Shown here: piece after piece, positions 1 to 12,326 of the stretch
How the letters are laid out: each line of letters starts with the position of its first letter
How positions within the stretch are numbered: position 1 is the first letter of the stretch
NCBI RefSeq assembly: GCF_006345805.1
Contig: NC_043022.1
Location: forward strand, 4,402,001 to 4,466,000
Direction of reading: 5' to 3'
Origin: Octopus sinensis
Lineage: Eukaryota
Length of the DNA: 64,000 bases
Notes under the pieces: model-generated
The model's database searches: none
The model's input: only the letters and a program-made list of their open reading frames with translations
What the model was told of the DNA's origin: nothing
Made by a program: the position numbers and the translations under genes

Positions 1-57
1 TGGTGATGATGATGGTGATGATGATGATGGTGATGATGGTGGTAATGGTGGTGATGG

Positions 58-109
<52 letters not shown>

Positions 110-546
110 GATGGTGGTGATGGTGATGATGATGATGATGATGATGATGGTGATGATGGTGGTGATGATGATGGTGATGATGATGATGATGATGATGGTG
201 GTGATGATGATGGTGATGATGATGATGATGATGATGGTGATGATGGTGGTGATGATGATAATGGTGATGATGATGATGGTGATGATGATGGTGATGATGA
301 TGATGGTGATGATGATGGTGATGATGATGGTGATGATGATGATGATGATGATGGTGATGATGGTGGTGATGATGATGATGATGGTGATGATGGTGATGAT
401 GGTGGTGATGATGATGGTGATGATGATGATGATGATGATGGTGATGATGGTGGTGATGGTGGTGATGATGATAATGGTGATGATGATGATGGTGATGATG
501 ATGGTGATGATGATGATGGTGATGATGGTGGTAATGGTGGTGATGG

Positions 547-598
<52 letters not shown>

Positions 599-758
599 GA
601 TGGTGGTGATGGTGATGATGATGATGATGGTGATGATGATGGTGATGATGATGATGATGGTGATGATGATGGTGATGATGGTGATGATGGTGGTGATGGT
701 GATGATGATGATGGTGGTGATGGTGATGATGATGATGGTGATGATGGTGATGATGATG

Positions 759-790
<32 letters not shown>

Positions 791-969
791 GATGATGATG
801 GTGATGATGGTGGTGATGATGATGATGATGGTGATGATGGTGATGATGGTGGTGATGATGATGGTGATGATGGTGGTGATGGTGGTGATGATGATAATGG
901 TGATGATGATGATGGTGATGATGATGGTGATGATGATGATGGTGATGATGGTGGTAATGGTGGTGATGG

Positions 970-1021
<52 letters not shown>

Positions 1022-1055
1022 GATGGTGATGATGGTGGTGATGATGATGGTGATG

Positions 1056-1109
<54 letters not shown>

Positions 1110-2255
1110 GTGATGATGGTGGTGATGATGATGGTGATGATGATGATGATATGCTGATGGTGTGATGATGTTGTGATGATGATGATTAGATGGTGATGAT
1201 GGTGGTGATGATGATGATGAGTGTGATGATGGTGATGATGGGTGTGATGATGATGGTGATGATGATGATGATGATGATGGTGGATGATGGTGGTGATGGT
1301 GGTGATGATGATAATGGTGATGATGATTATGTGATGATGATGGTTATGATGATGATGGTTGATGATGGTTGGTAATGTGGTGATGGTTGATGATATGATG
1401 ATGGTGATGATGATGATGATGATGGTGATGATGAGATGATGGTTTGTGATGGTGATGATGCTGATGCTGGTGTGATGATGATGTTATGATGATGATGATG
1501 GTGATGATGATGGTGATGATGGTGATGATGGGGGTGATTGGTGATGATGATGATGGTGGTGATGGTGATGATGATGATGGTGATGATGGTGATGATGATG
1601 ATGATGATGATGATGATTATGCTGATGATGATTTTGTTGATGATGATGATGATGGTGATGATGGTGGTGATGGTGGTGATGATGATAATGGTGAGATGAT
1701 GATGGTGATGATGATGGTGATGATGATGATGGTGATGATGTGATGATGTGGTTGATGGTGGTGATGATGATAATGGTGATGATGATGATGGTGATGATGA
1801 TGGTGATGATGATATGATGATATATGATGATGATGGTGATGTGATGACATTGATGGTGATGATGTTGGTATGGTGGTGATGGTGATGATGATGGTTGATG
1901 ATGATGATGTGATGATGATTGTGATGATGATGATATGATGATGGTGATGATGGTGATGATGATGTGATGATGATGATGATGATGATGGTGATGATGGTGT
2001 GATTATATGATGATGTATATGATGATGATGGTGATGATGATGATGATGATGATGGTGATGATGGTGTGATGGTGTGTGATGATAATGGTTATGTGATGAT
2101 GGTGATGATGATGGTGATGATGATGATGGTGATGATGGTGATGATGGTGTGCTGGTGGTGGTGATTGTGATGATGATGATGATGATGATGATGTGATGAT
2201 GGTGATGGTGATATTGGGTGTGAGGTGGTAATTGGTGATGGTGATGATGATGGTG

Positions 2256-2287
<32 letters not shown>

Positions 2288-2576
2288 GATGGTGGTGATG
2301 GTGATGATGATGATGATGGTGATGATGATGGTGATGATGATGATGGTGATGATGATGGTGATGATGGTGATGATGGTGGTGATGGTGATGATGATGATGA
2401 TGGTGATGATGATGGTGATGGTGATGATGGTGATGGTGATGATGGTGGTGATGGTGGTGATGGTGATGATGATGATGGTGATGATGATGATGTTGATGAT
2501 GATGATGATGATGATGATGGTGGTGATGGTGATGATGATGATGATGGTGGTGATGGTGATGATGATGGTGATGATG

Positions 2577-2608
<32 letters not shown>

Positions 2609-2637
2609 GGTGATGATGGTGGTGATGGTGGTGATGG

Positions 2638-2668
<31 letters not shown>

Positions 2669-2795
2669 GATGATGATGATGATGGTGGTGATGGTGATGA
2701 TGATGGTGATGATGATGGTGATGATGATGGTGGTGATGGTGATGATGATGATGGTGGTGATGGTGATGATGATGATGATGATGGTGATGATGGTT
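1..2795. repeat. (GAT/GGT)n trinucleotide satellite with long-range internal duplications; noisy middle segment (~1160-2225)
   Basis: Seen in sequence: almost only GAT and GGT units with rare AAT; recurrent marker units GGTAAT and GATAAT; phase-breaking indels only in the middle third. Confidence 0.95.
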
Positions 2796-3157
2796 CGGGC
2801 TATTTAATATGTAACTAGTTTATCAAGCAAATGAGAAATTAGCATCCACCGAACCCACCCACCCACCCCTGCACCAACCCACACAGAATCAATAGAAGAA
2901 GCCATTACAAAGTTGACTGAAGAACAACAGGAAGAACAATAATGAGATGATATAGTTTTATTACTGCGAACAGAATAACTATGAACAATAACCGACACAA
3001 TAGGCTGGCTGGTTATCTCGTTAGTCACCAAACATAACAACAACAATGATGACAACAACAACGACAACAACAACAATAGCCAGTATCCGGAAATTTGTAA
3101 AAATGGTTGGACTGCAACAAGGATCTGTACTTCACCCACGCTTCTTTTTTTTAACTC

Positions 3158-3554
3158 GCGCAGGAGTGGCTGTGTGGTAAGTAGCTTGCTAACCAACCAC
3201 ATGGTTCTGGGTTCAGTCCCACTGCGTGGCACCTTGGGCAAGTGTCTTCTGCTATAGCCCCGGGCCAACCAATGCCTTGTGAGTGGATTTGGTAGACAGA
3301 AACTGAAAGAAGCCTGTCGTATATGTATATATATATACGTATGTGTGTGTTTGTGTGTCTGTGTTTGTCCCCCTAGCATTGCTTGACAACCGATGCTGGT
3401 GTGTTTACGTCCCCGTCACTAAGCGGTTCGGCAAAAGAGACCGATAGAATAAGTACTTGGGCTTACAAAAGAATAAGTCCCGGGGTCGATTTGCTCGACT
3501 AAAGGCGGTGCTCCAGCATGGCCGCAGTCAAATGACTGAAACAAGTAAAAGAGA
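3158..3554 (+). mobile_element. tRNA-derived SINE family A (octopus-type), full length, with internal (TA)n(TG)n
   Basis: A-box-like TGGCTGTGTGG, B-box-like GGTTCAGTCCC, GGCACCTTGGGCAAG core, internal microsatellite, tail ...CCAGCATGGCCGCAGTCAAATGACTGAAACAAGTAAAAGAG; >20 related copies in the window. Confidence 0.9.
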
Positions 3555-3791
3555 GCACCTTCAACTCTCCCAAACAGTCTCACACAAACCACAGCAGAGC
3601 TGCTGTAACATAATCATGAGGATAACAACAACAACAACAATAGTTAGCATCTGGAAATATGCAAAAATGGCTCAAGTAAGACAAGGATCTGTTCTTCACC
3701 CACACTTTTTTAACTCACGCCTCTGCAACTTACCCCACCCACCCAGTCTCAAATGACTAAAGAATAAAAAGTATATTTATATATATATATA

Positions 3792-4187
3792 CTAGCAGTA
3801 TCGCCCAGCGTTGCTCGGGTTTGTAAGGGAAATAACTATAAAGCATTTTTAGAGAGTTATAGCAAAAAAATAGCAAAAAAATGCATTAAAAATGTAAAAA
3901 AAATTATGGTAAATTTTTTTTTTAAATCGTTGACTCATCGTAGACATTTTTAGAGAGTTACTCTAAATAATAGCGAAAAAAATGCATTAAAATGGAATAA
4001 AAAATGATGGCAAATTTTTTTTAAATCGTAGACTCATCGTACACGCGTGCTAATACCCAGACAGGCTCAATATGAATCACGACTATAAGATACCCGGTTT
4101 TGGTTAAACTGCACCGCAAAATGTGGGAGTAGTTAGGAATCTAAATCGTAGGAGACAGACACACAACTTCACTTTTATATATAAAGA
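3792..4187 (-). mobile_element. Non-autonomous Helitron
   Basis: On - strand: A|TC 5' end (TCTTTATATATAAAAG), subterminal hairpin CCCGAGCAACGCTGGG, CTAG|T 3' end, no TSD, inserted in (TA)n. Confidence 0.85.
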
Positions 4188-4196
4188 TATATATAT

Positions 4197-4484
4197 ATCA
4201 CGTGACTGACCAGGCTATCAGATGTTACTACACATCGCTGGTCACAATGCGCTTCGCATTGTTTTAGCCTTCAAACAACGCCAACCCGCTGGCTATGCGA
4301 GCAGGCCAACAGAAGAAAGAGCAAGAGAAAGTTGCAGCGAAAGAGTACAGCAGGGGTCGCCACCACCCACTGCCGGAGCCTCGTGGAGCTTTAGGTGTTT
4401 TCGCTCAATAAACACTCACAACGCCCAGTCTGGGAATCGAAACCGCAATCCCGCTGCCCTAACCACCGGGCCATTGTACCTCCA
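4197..4484 (-). mobile_element. tRNA-derived SINE family C (tail type 2)
   Basis: Head TGGCCCGGTGGTTAGGGCAGC...GGTTTCGATTCCC is shared with 47898-48280; the 3' tail differs and ends ...GCGCATTGTGACCAGCGATG...CACGTGATA. Confidence 0.8.
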
Positions 4485-4515
4485 CAATATATATATATAA
4501 TATATATATATATAT

Positions 4516-4600
4516 ATACCAGAGTAAACACATAAATGTGAAACAAGGTGGAAAAAAGAGTACTCAATACCAGTGGTAGAGTAATATGCTTTATAAAGTG
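4516..4600 (+). repeat. Short TA-embedded interspersed repeat (related copies at 44210-44325 and 60022-60112)
   Basis: Shared CACATAAATGTGAAACAAGGTGG...AGTACT core in three places, each flanked by (TA)n. Confidence 0.75.
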
Positions 4601-5077
4601 TATATATATTATATATATATATATATATAATAATATGGTATTTGACACGGCTGTATTTGTGTGTTCTTTTATTCATCTTGTTTGTTTCAGTCATTTGACT
4701 GCAGCCATGCTGGAGCACCACCTTTAGTCAAATAAATCGCCCCCCCAGGGCTTATTCTTTGTAATCCTAGTATTTATTCTATCGATCTCTTTTGCTGAAC
4801 CACTAAGTTACGGGGGACGTAAACACATCAACATCAGTTGTCAAGAGATAGGGGGTGCACATACACACACACACACACACACAGACTTGTATGTATGTTA
4901 TTTGTTCTTTAAAGACACACTACTGTTATTTCTCTTGGCTCATTTTTGTTTACACACACACACATGCACGCAAACCAAAGAATTTTGTAGAGCTTCCATC
5001 AACCAAATTCCAGTGCCAAGACATTAGTCAACCAGAGACCATGGTAGAGAAAACTCATCCAGAACGCTACACCTTAA

Positions 5078-5271
5078 CCCTTTAGTGTTCGCATTATTCT
5101 GCCAAAATTAATGCTTTTTCATCCACATTGATTTGAACTAATCATGCATTATCTTGTAGCTATGAGATTTTGATGAGGTAGCTGTTAATTTTTAAAATGA
5201 TATTGTAGGGTTTGAACATAAAACAGGCAGAATACTTTTGGCCGGATATGGCCAGTTTAAATGCTAAAGGG
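5078..5271 (+). mobile_element. TTAA-specific (piggyBac-type) MITE, family P1
   Basis: TTAA on both sides (5074-5077, 5272-5275); TIR CCCTTTAG...CTAAAGGG. Confidence 0.85.
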
Positions 5272-5926
5272 TTAAAGATGAATGGAACTCAGAACCAATA
5301 CGGCTGCAAAGCAGAATTCCTAACCCGAGTGCCATACAGTTAGTTGTACCGTTCTAAAACCATCGTTCTGTTGTCTTGGAGGAAAATTTCCTCATCACAA
5401 ACCAAGCCTGGAAACTGTAGAAACATCAAAATGGCAGAGTCAAGCGAGTTCAACGAGATTATGTGAAAGTATTTAAGTGTTATTTCCTTCCCCCGTGCAG
5501 TAATATTTCACACATGTGAGAATACCGACTCTATCCACTTTTAAAAGGCTTCTTGCCAATTAGACAGAGGTCAAATTTCATTGAGGCAGGAAGACTCGCT
5601 TTTCAAAGAAAACTTTCCCATCACAAAGCCAGTTTGCATCGTTACCAGTCGGTCGTAGTCACACAGACACATCAATAAGGACTGACAACGTTCTTCTGCT
5701 TAGTGATAAATTTAGGCAGAGATTATGAGCAGAGTGTGTGGGTATGCGACTATAAATAGCTAGTTACACATGTGTGGTGTGTGTGTGTGTGTGTGTATCT
5801 TTATTCTTGTTACTCTGTATGGCAATGTTGCCTGTAACATCATAGTTGAGAGAGAAAGAGAGAGAGAGAGAGAGAGTAGGAAAGAGAGAGACGGAGAGAT
5901 AGAGAGAGACAGACAGAGAGAGACGT

Positions 5927-6156
5927 AAACCAAAGCCTTGTGAGTGGATTTGCTAGAAGGAAACTGAAAGAAGCCTATCGTATATATGTGTGTGTGTGTG
6001 TGTGTGTATCTATGTGTACGTGTCTGTTTGCTCCCCGCCATCACCACTTGATAACTGGTGTTGAGGTGTTTACGTCCCTGTTCAGCAAAAGATACTGATA
6101 GAAAAGGGCTAGGCTTAAAAACAGTCCTGGGTTCAATTTGGGTGACTAAAAACCTT
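5927..6156 (+). repeat. Internal fragment of SINE family A, near-identical to 13770-13994
   Basis: Shares private substitutions and a deletion with 13770-13994; has neither head nor tail. Confidence 0.85.
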
Positions 6157-7334
6157 ATTATCAGAAGGATGTGTCATAGTCTCTGCAACAGACAGTGGAC
6201 TGTCGTCTTTTCTATACAATAATACGTCACATCACTAGAGACACAATGGGTTCTTGTGGCCCATGTGACAGTGCCTCCTGTGCAATCTATGTGCAGTTAG
6301 ATCAGGCCAACTCTGATCCAGTGGGCTTATGATCAAAGGGATTCCAGCCATGACCATCCTGGCACTTCAGGCTTATCTCGGATATTATATTGCCTTAGGT
6401 GTGTCTTTTCCATTTTTTTTTTTCAAGACAGCAAGGAAGATTGGGTTGCTATTTCTAGCAGGTCTACTAACTACACAATGGCGGTGGATGCGTGAGTGTG
6501 GGGAGAAGCTTGTGAATGTGCATGGGTGTTGAACATTTGCATACATGTGTGAACATGTATGCACAGGCTTGTGGAAGAGTATATCTTGTGAAACAGAAAA
6601 CATTGTTGCCACTACATGCATGTATGTGAAGCAGTGTGTGTGTATGTACGTATTGCACACGCACGCACACACACATACACACACATATATATATATACAC
6701 ACACACACACATATCATGTGTATACATACACATACACAAGTGTGTGTATACATACGCACACACACATATATACACATACGTGTATACAGAAATACACATA
6801 CACACGTGTATACATATATGCATGCACACACATATATATACACACATATATATATCCACACATATATATCGTGTATATACATACACACATGTATGTATGT
6901 ATACATATATATATATATATGACTATACATATGTACACATCTCTCTCTTTCTCATATATATATACACACACACACACATATATAGAAAGACAGACAGTAG
7001 AGTGTATGTGTGTGTGAAAAGTGATGTGTGTGTGTGTGTGTGTGAAGCAGTGAATCTACTCAAACGTCACAAGCCTGTGTGTGTGTGTGAGTCTAATGAT
7101 TACCACTAAAACGTCTGTCAATATGTTTAGACAAGTCAGTCAACTACAAGCAACCAAACATCAGAGCTGTATCCTGTGTACATCACCAATTAATCTTTCC
7201 ACCAAAGACGGGGGATGCAGATTCAACAAGCCTCATCATAAGACAACCCACCTCGAAAGAGTAGAAGATCCAAGCAAGAGGAGAGGCCATTAGGTTTTCC
7301 ACAGACAATATCTCTAACACTCTTCCTGTCTTGT

Positions 7335-7700
7335 AAAGGTACTCACCAGGGAGGGGCTAAGCAAGCTCCTATTGTGTTTAGAGCCTCACAGGCCAAGGCA
7401 GTCCATGCACGTATGTCAGCAGCTGATTCTGCAGCATGTTGAAACCATTCCCGGTTCGGTTCCAGCAATGAATGCCAAAGATTTGAGGGCTGGAAACGAG
7501 CCCCTTGCTTGCTTTCACTGTTTTGAATTGCCTTCAGCTGACCAGCTCTTCACTTAGGCCAACCCATGGGAGGACCTGGTGTTGCCTTCCAGACAAGTTC
7601 GTCAAGGGCACACTGCGATGCATGACCAACCCACCATAGTCTCCTTGTCAGAAGAGTCCCTTCAAGAGGGGAGAGACTTCAGCGAGCTTAAAGTTGTCGG
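7335..7700 (-). mobile_element. Degraded RTE-clade LINE ORF2 C-terminal fragment
   Basis: Minus frame reads TRRLWWVGHASQC...GQLK...DIRAWTAL...NTIG...PW*, resembling the RRLRW-GH and DRRAW motifs at the C-terminus of RTE ORF2; has an internal stop. Confidence 0.6.
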
Positions 7701-7705
7701 TTTAA

Positions 7706-7924
7706 CCCTTTAGTACTTAAACTGGCCATATCCGGCCAAAATAGTTAATCTGTTTTATGTTCAAACTGACCAGATCCAGGCTCTCACACCTACCCTACAA
7801 TGTTATTCTACATTAAGTAATTACACCATCAAGATCTTGAAGATATGAGATAATGCATGATTAATTCAAATCAATGGGAATCAATAAGCATTATGTTTGA
7901 TAGAATAATCTGAACACTAAAGGG
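7706..7924 (-). mobile_element. TTAA-specific MITE, family P1 (97% identical to 56620-56838)
   Basis: TTAA flanks at 7702-7705 and 7925-7928; CCCTTTAG TIRs. Confidence 0.9.
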
Positions 7925-8119
7925 TTAAAGCAGAATCTGAGAAGACAACGAATGCAGAAATGCTTGAGGGCCTCTCGCTTCTGGAGATCAGCAACAACGC
8001 ATTGGCTGGGTCTCACAGCCATAGAGGAGAACCATTCGGACAAGGTAGAAGAATATCATGACCAGATGATATTCAGTCTTTTAGAATTCAGATTATCCTA
8101 TCAAATGTAATCCTTATCT

Positions 8120-8421
8120 CATCATCATCATCATTTAGCGTCCGCTTTCCATGCTGGCATGGGTTGGACGGTTCAACTGGGGTCTGGCAAGCCAGGAGGC
8201 TGCACCAGGCTCCAGTCTCATCTGGCAGTGTTTCTACAGCTGGATGCCCTTCCTAACGCCAACCACTCCGTGAGTGTAGTGGGTGCTTTTTTATGTGCCA
8301 GACAAGGCTGGCAAAAGGCCATGATCGGATGGTGCTTTTTACGTACCACCGGGACAGAGGCCAGTCGGGGCGGCGCTGGCAACGGCCACATTCGGATGGT
8401 TCTCCTATGTGCCACCGGCAC
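8120..8421 (-). mobile_element. (GAT)n-tailed retro-element family R (RTE-like 3' end) with ~62-bp monomers
   Basis: GGTTGGCGTTAGGAAGGGCATCCAGCTGTAGAAAC core, ...GGAAAGCGGACGCTAAATGATGATG tail, GTGCCGGTGGCAC monomers; about 12 copies in the window. Confidence 0.8.
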
Positions 8422-8904
8422 ATCTATTCACATTATTTTGTGCTAATCATGCATTATCTCACAGCTTTGAGATTTCAATGATGTGACTCTATTTTTAGAA
8501 CAACATTGTAGAACAGGTATGAAAGGCCAGATCTGGCCAGCAGAAAGCAGGTAGAATATTTAATATATGTATATATAATATTGATGTATGGTACCATTAA
8601 TATTAACCATTTAGCATTCAGATTACTCTGCTAAACATAATGCTTATTTATCCATATTGTTTTCAATTAACAATGCATTACCTCATCTCTTTGAGTTGGT
8701 CTATTTTTAAATGACGTTGTAGGATAGGTGGGAAAGGCCTGATCTAACCAGTTTGAACTTAAAACAGGTTGTATTTGCACTTGATATGGTTCGTTGAACC
8801 CTTTAGCATTCAGATTTTATTCTGTCAAATGTAATGCTTATTTATTCACATTTGTATTAATCATGGATTATCTCATAGCTTTGAGATTTCAATGATGTGA
8901 CTCT

Positions 8905-9303
8905 CTATTTCTCTATTTACTTGTTTCAGTCATTTGACTGTGGCCATGCTGGAGCACCGCCTTTAGTCGAGCAAATCGACCCTGGGACTTATTCTTTGTA
9001 AGCCCAGTACTTATTCTATCGGTCTCTTTTGCCGAACCGCTAAGAGACGGGGACGTAAACACACCAGCATCGGTTGTCAAGCAATGCTAGGGGGACAAAC
9101 ACACACACACACACACACATACCTATATATATATATACATATATACGACAGGCTTCTTTCAGTTTCCGTCTACCAAATCCACTCACAAGGCATTGGTCGG
9201 CCCGGGGCTATAGCAGAAGACACTTGCCCAAGATGCCACGCAGTGGGACTGAACCCGGAACCATGTGGCTGGTAAGGAAGCTACTTACCACACAGCCACT
9301 CCT
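8905..9303 (-). mobile_element. SINE family A, full length
   Basis: Reverse complement of the family A head, microsatellite and tail. Confidence 0.9.
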
Positions 9304-9428
9304 GACTGTTTTTTTTTTTTTTTTTTACAATGACATTGTTAAGTAGGTGTGAGAGGCCAGATCTAACAAGTTTGAACATAAAACAAGCAGAAATTTCTGG
9401 ATACGACTGGTTTAAATGCTAAAGAGTC

Positions 9429-9790
9429 AAAAACTAGTTTTATAGATACTTCTTTCGAAATTCCTATTTCGTTTTCGTTCTTTTTCACACATAAATTTGT
9501 GTAAATTGAACTATGGAAAACAATAGACAAAAGAAAGCGAGCTATATCTTGCAATAAATACATCTAAAATTGTGATTCACAGTCATTTTTTTATCTACGG
9601 ACCCCTTGATTCCTATTTTATTCTGGAGGACACCCCAACCCATAACTATTTGATGTCTAAAAACTAGTTTTATAGATATTCCTTTCAAAATTCTGTTTTG
9701 CTTTTCACACATTTAACTTCCGTGGGTTGAACTATGGAAAACTCGAGAGAAAGAAACTTAACTGTTTGTTGCAATAAACTTGTTCCTAGA
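9429..9790. repeat. Diverged ~230-bp tandem duplication
   Basis: AAAACTAGTTTTATAGATA...TGAACTATGGAAAAC...TTGCAATAAA occurs at ~9429-9560 and ~9659-9780. Confidence 0.7.
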
Positions 9791-9815
9791 ACAAAATTTG
9801 TTCATGAACCTTTAA

Positions 9816-10035
9816 CCCTTTAGTGTTTAAACCGGCCATATCTGGCCCAGATATTCTACATGTTTTATATTCAAACTGGCAATATCTGGCCTCTCACACC
9901 TACCCAACAATGTCATTCTAAATATAAACAATCACATCATTGAAACCTCAAAGCTATAAGATAATGCATGATTAATTCAAAACAATTTGAGTGGAAAAGT
10001 ATTACATTTAACAGAGTAATCTGAACGCTAAAGGG
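9816..10035 (-). mobile_element. TTAA-specific MITE, family P1
   Basis: TTAA-CCCTTTAG...CTAAAGGG-TTAA. Confidence 0.9.
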
Positions 10036-10223
10036 TTAAAATACTGCTGTATTTTGCTTGCATACAACCAAGCCATCTAAACTCTTGCACAGGCCCTCAG
10101 GGGTCATATGGACTCAAGTTGCAAACTACACAATTGGTTCCATCTGACTAGTCATAAGTTGAATTGGTCATAAGTCAGCCTATAAGACCTAGATAGCATT
10201 GTTTGATATTTTTGCATTCTTAA

Positions 10224-10443
10224 CCCTTTAGTGTTTAAACCGGTTATATCTGGCCCAAATATTCTACTCATTTTATGCTCAAACTGGCCAGAACCACTAT
10301 CTCACACCTACCCTGCAATGTCATTCTAAAAATAAACAATTACATCTTTCAAATCTTGAAGCTACAAGATAATACCAGGTTAATCTTTTAAAATGTAAAC
10401 AAATAAGGACTACTTCTGACATATTAGGTTGAACACTAAAGGG
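10224..10443 (-). mobile_element. TTAA-specific MITE, family P1
   Basis: TTAA-CCCTTTAG...CTAAAGGG-TTAA, 190 bp downstream of another copy. Confidence 0.9.
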
Positions 10444-11144
10444 TTAAGGTACATTCTCAGGTAAAAGTCACACACAGCATTCCGTATTATGCTATTATAC
10501 TGGTGTTAGTCAAAAATTTCAGAGTCTCAAGCAATTGTCTTATGAACAAACATGAAGCTGCCTCGATGTTTCCGGAAGAGGATAGCCATCCAACACAGTG
10601 GCGATGGATAACCAATCCTAAGGGAAGCGCTTGTTAGCTAACATCATCCGTAGAAGGGTTAATTTCTAAGAAATTAAACCCGTTAGATTTCAACTGGACT
10701 ATGGTATTACTGCTGCTGGGAGCTGGCGTGCCAGTTGTCATAAAGCCGATCAGTCGTAAGTCAGATAGGTCGTTAGTCGACAACCTGTGGTGGCCTATAC
10801 TTTCTAATGGTTGGTCATAAGAGGAACGTCTGGCTCAATGGAGTCAGTTTGCTCTGTCGGTGTGTGTCAGGTGAAAGACTTTAATGAGGGAAGAGACGAG
10901 CAAGAGCTGTGAAACCTACATCAGCAGGGGGGGGGGGGGCTCGGTAAATTATTATCAATGATGAAGAAACACAGATGAGAGTAGTGTGTGCAGCAGTGGA
11001 AACTTGCATGAAGCCTTGTGTCATAACCAGTGCATCGCTGCATCCATCATTCCCATCATTCGTTGGTGATTCCTTAATGCACCTGGTGGATGGCATCTTT
11101 GCACCACTCAGGGGACGACCCTCCAACCCCAGTATATACATATA

Positions 11145-11361
11145 TATTTCTTTATTGCCCACAAGGGGCTAAACATAGAGGGGACAAAAAAGGACAGACA
11201 AAGGGATTACGTTGATTACATCGACCCCCGGTGCGAAACTGGTACTTTATTTATCGACCCTGAAAGGATGAAAGACAAAGTCGACCTCAGCGGAATTTAA
11301 ACTCAGAACGTAATAACAGACGAAATACCGCTAAGCATTTCGCCTGACGTAGCTCGCCGCC
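11145..11361 (-). mobile_element. tRNA-derived SINE family B (MetaSINE/Sauria-like central domain) with 16-bp TSD
   Basis: Head GGCGGCGAGCT..., B-box GAGTTTAAATTCC, central GTCGACTTTGTCTTTCATCCTTTCAGGGTCGATAA domain; TSD AGTATATACATATATA at 11131-11146 and 11364-11379. The superfamily label is from recalled similarity and was not searched. Confidence 0.85.
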
Positions 11362-11437
11362 CTAGTATATACATATATACACACACACATACATACATGT
11401 ACATACATATATATATATATATACATATATATATAAA

Positions 11438-11785
11438 CGGGTAAAGACACCCTTCAGTCAAGGATGCCTATGGGATTGCACCTAGAAAGATCCTCTCGAA
11501 GGCACAAGTCCAGGCAAGGTTGTTTATAGAAGACCAATAGTCATGTCACCCATGCATACCAGCCTCCCCTCCTTTTCATGCCAAGATGTTATCCAAGGGA
11601 AAGGCAAAGGGCCCCGATACAGCTTGGCACCGGTTACATCGCAACTCATTTCTACAGCTGAGTAAACTGGAGCAACGTGAAATAAAGTGTCTTGCTCAAG
11701 AACACAACACACAGCTCAGTCTGGGAATTGAACTCACTACCACACTGTAAGCCAGACCATCTAACCATTGAAGCCATGCACCTCT
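11438..11785 (-). mobile_element. tRNA-derived SINE family D
   Basis: Reverse-complement homolog of 50095-50432 (GTGTTCTTGAGCAAG...CTCAGCTGTAGAAATGAGTTGCG...CCCTTGGATAACATC). Confidence 0.8.
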
Positions 11786-11847
11786 TCACAATTACATAGA
11801 TATATGCATGCACATGTATCTACACACACAAACATATATATATATAT

Positions 11848-11878
<31 letters not shown>

Positions 11879-12102
11879 CATATACCTATATATGTCATCA
11901 TCATCATCATCATCATCGTTTAGCGTCCGCTTTCCATGCTGGCATGGGTTGGGCGGTTCAACTGGGGTCTGTGAAGCCAGAAGGCTGCATCAGGCCCAGT
12001 CTGATCTGCCCTTCCTAACGCCAACTACTCCGCGAGTGTAGTGGGTGATTTTTACGTGCCACCCGCACATAAAATGCATAATATATATATATATGTATGT
12101 GT

Positions 12103-12134
<32 letters not shown>

Positions 12135-12139
12135 GTGTC

Positions 12140-12185
<46 letters not shown>

Positions 12186-12208
12186 CATATATACACGTGT
12201 GTGTGTGT

Positions 12209-12243
<35 letters not shown>

Positions 12244-12293
12244 GATACAAATAAGAAAATGGAGGAACAGATTCCTTTCAATCATCAACTTAC

Positions 12294-12326
<33 letters not shown>

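Noticed and set aside
3-1157. 384-aa Met/Val ORF and the other long ORFs in the track (YI, CV, HT repeats)
   Set aside because: They are translations of tri- and dinucleotide microsatellites that lack stop codons by construction; there is no codon diversity or domain signal.
10540-10900. Possible Penelope-like remnant (GATGG...CCGGAAACATC, minus)
   Set aside because: No intact CUGANGA core and no readable RT or GIY-YIG frame; too degenerate to call.
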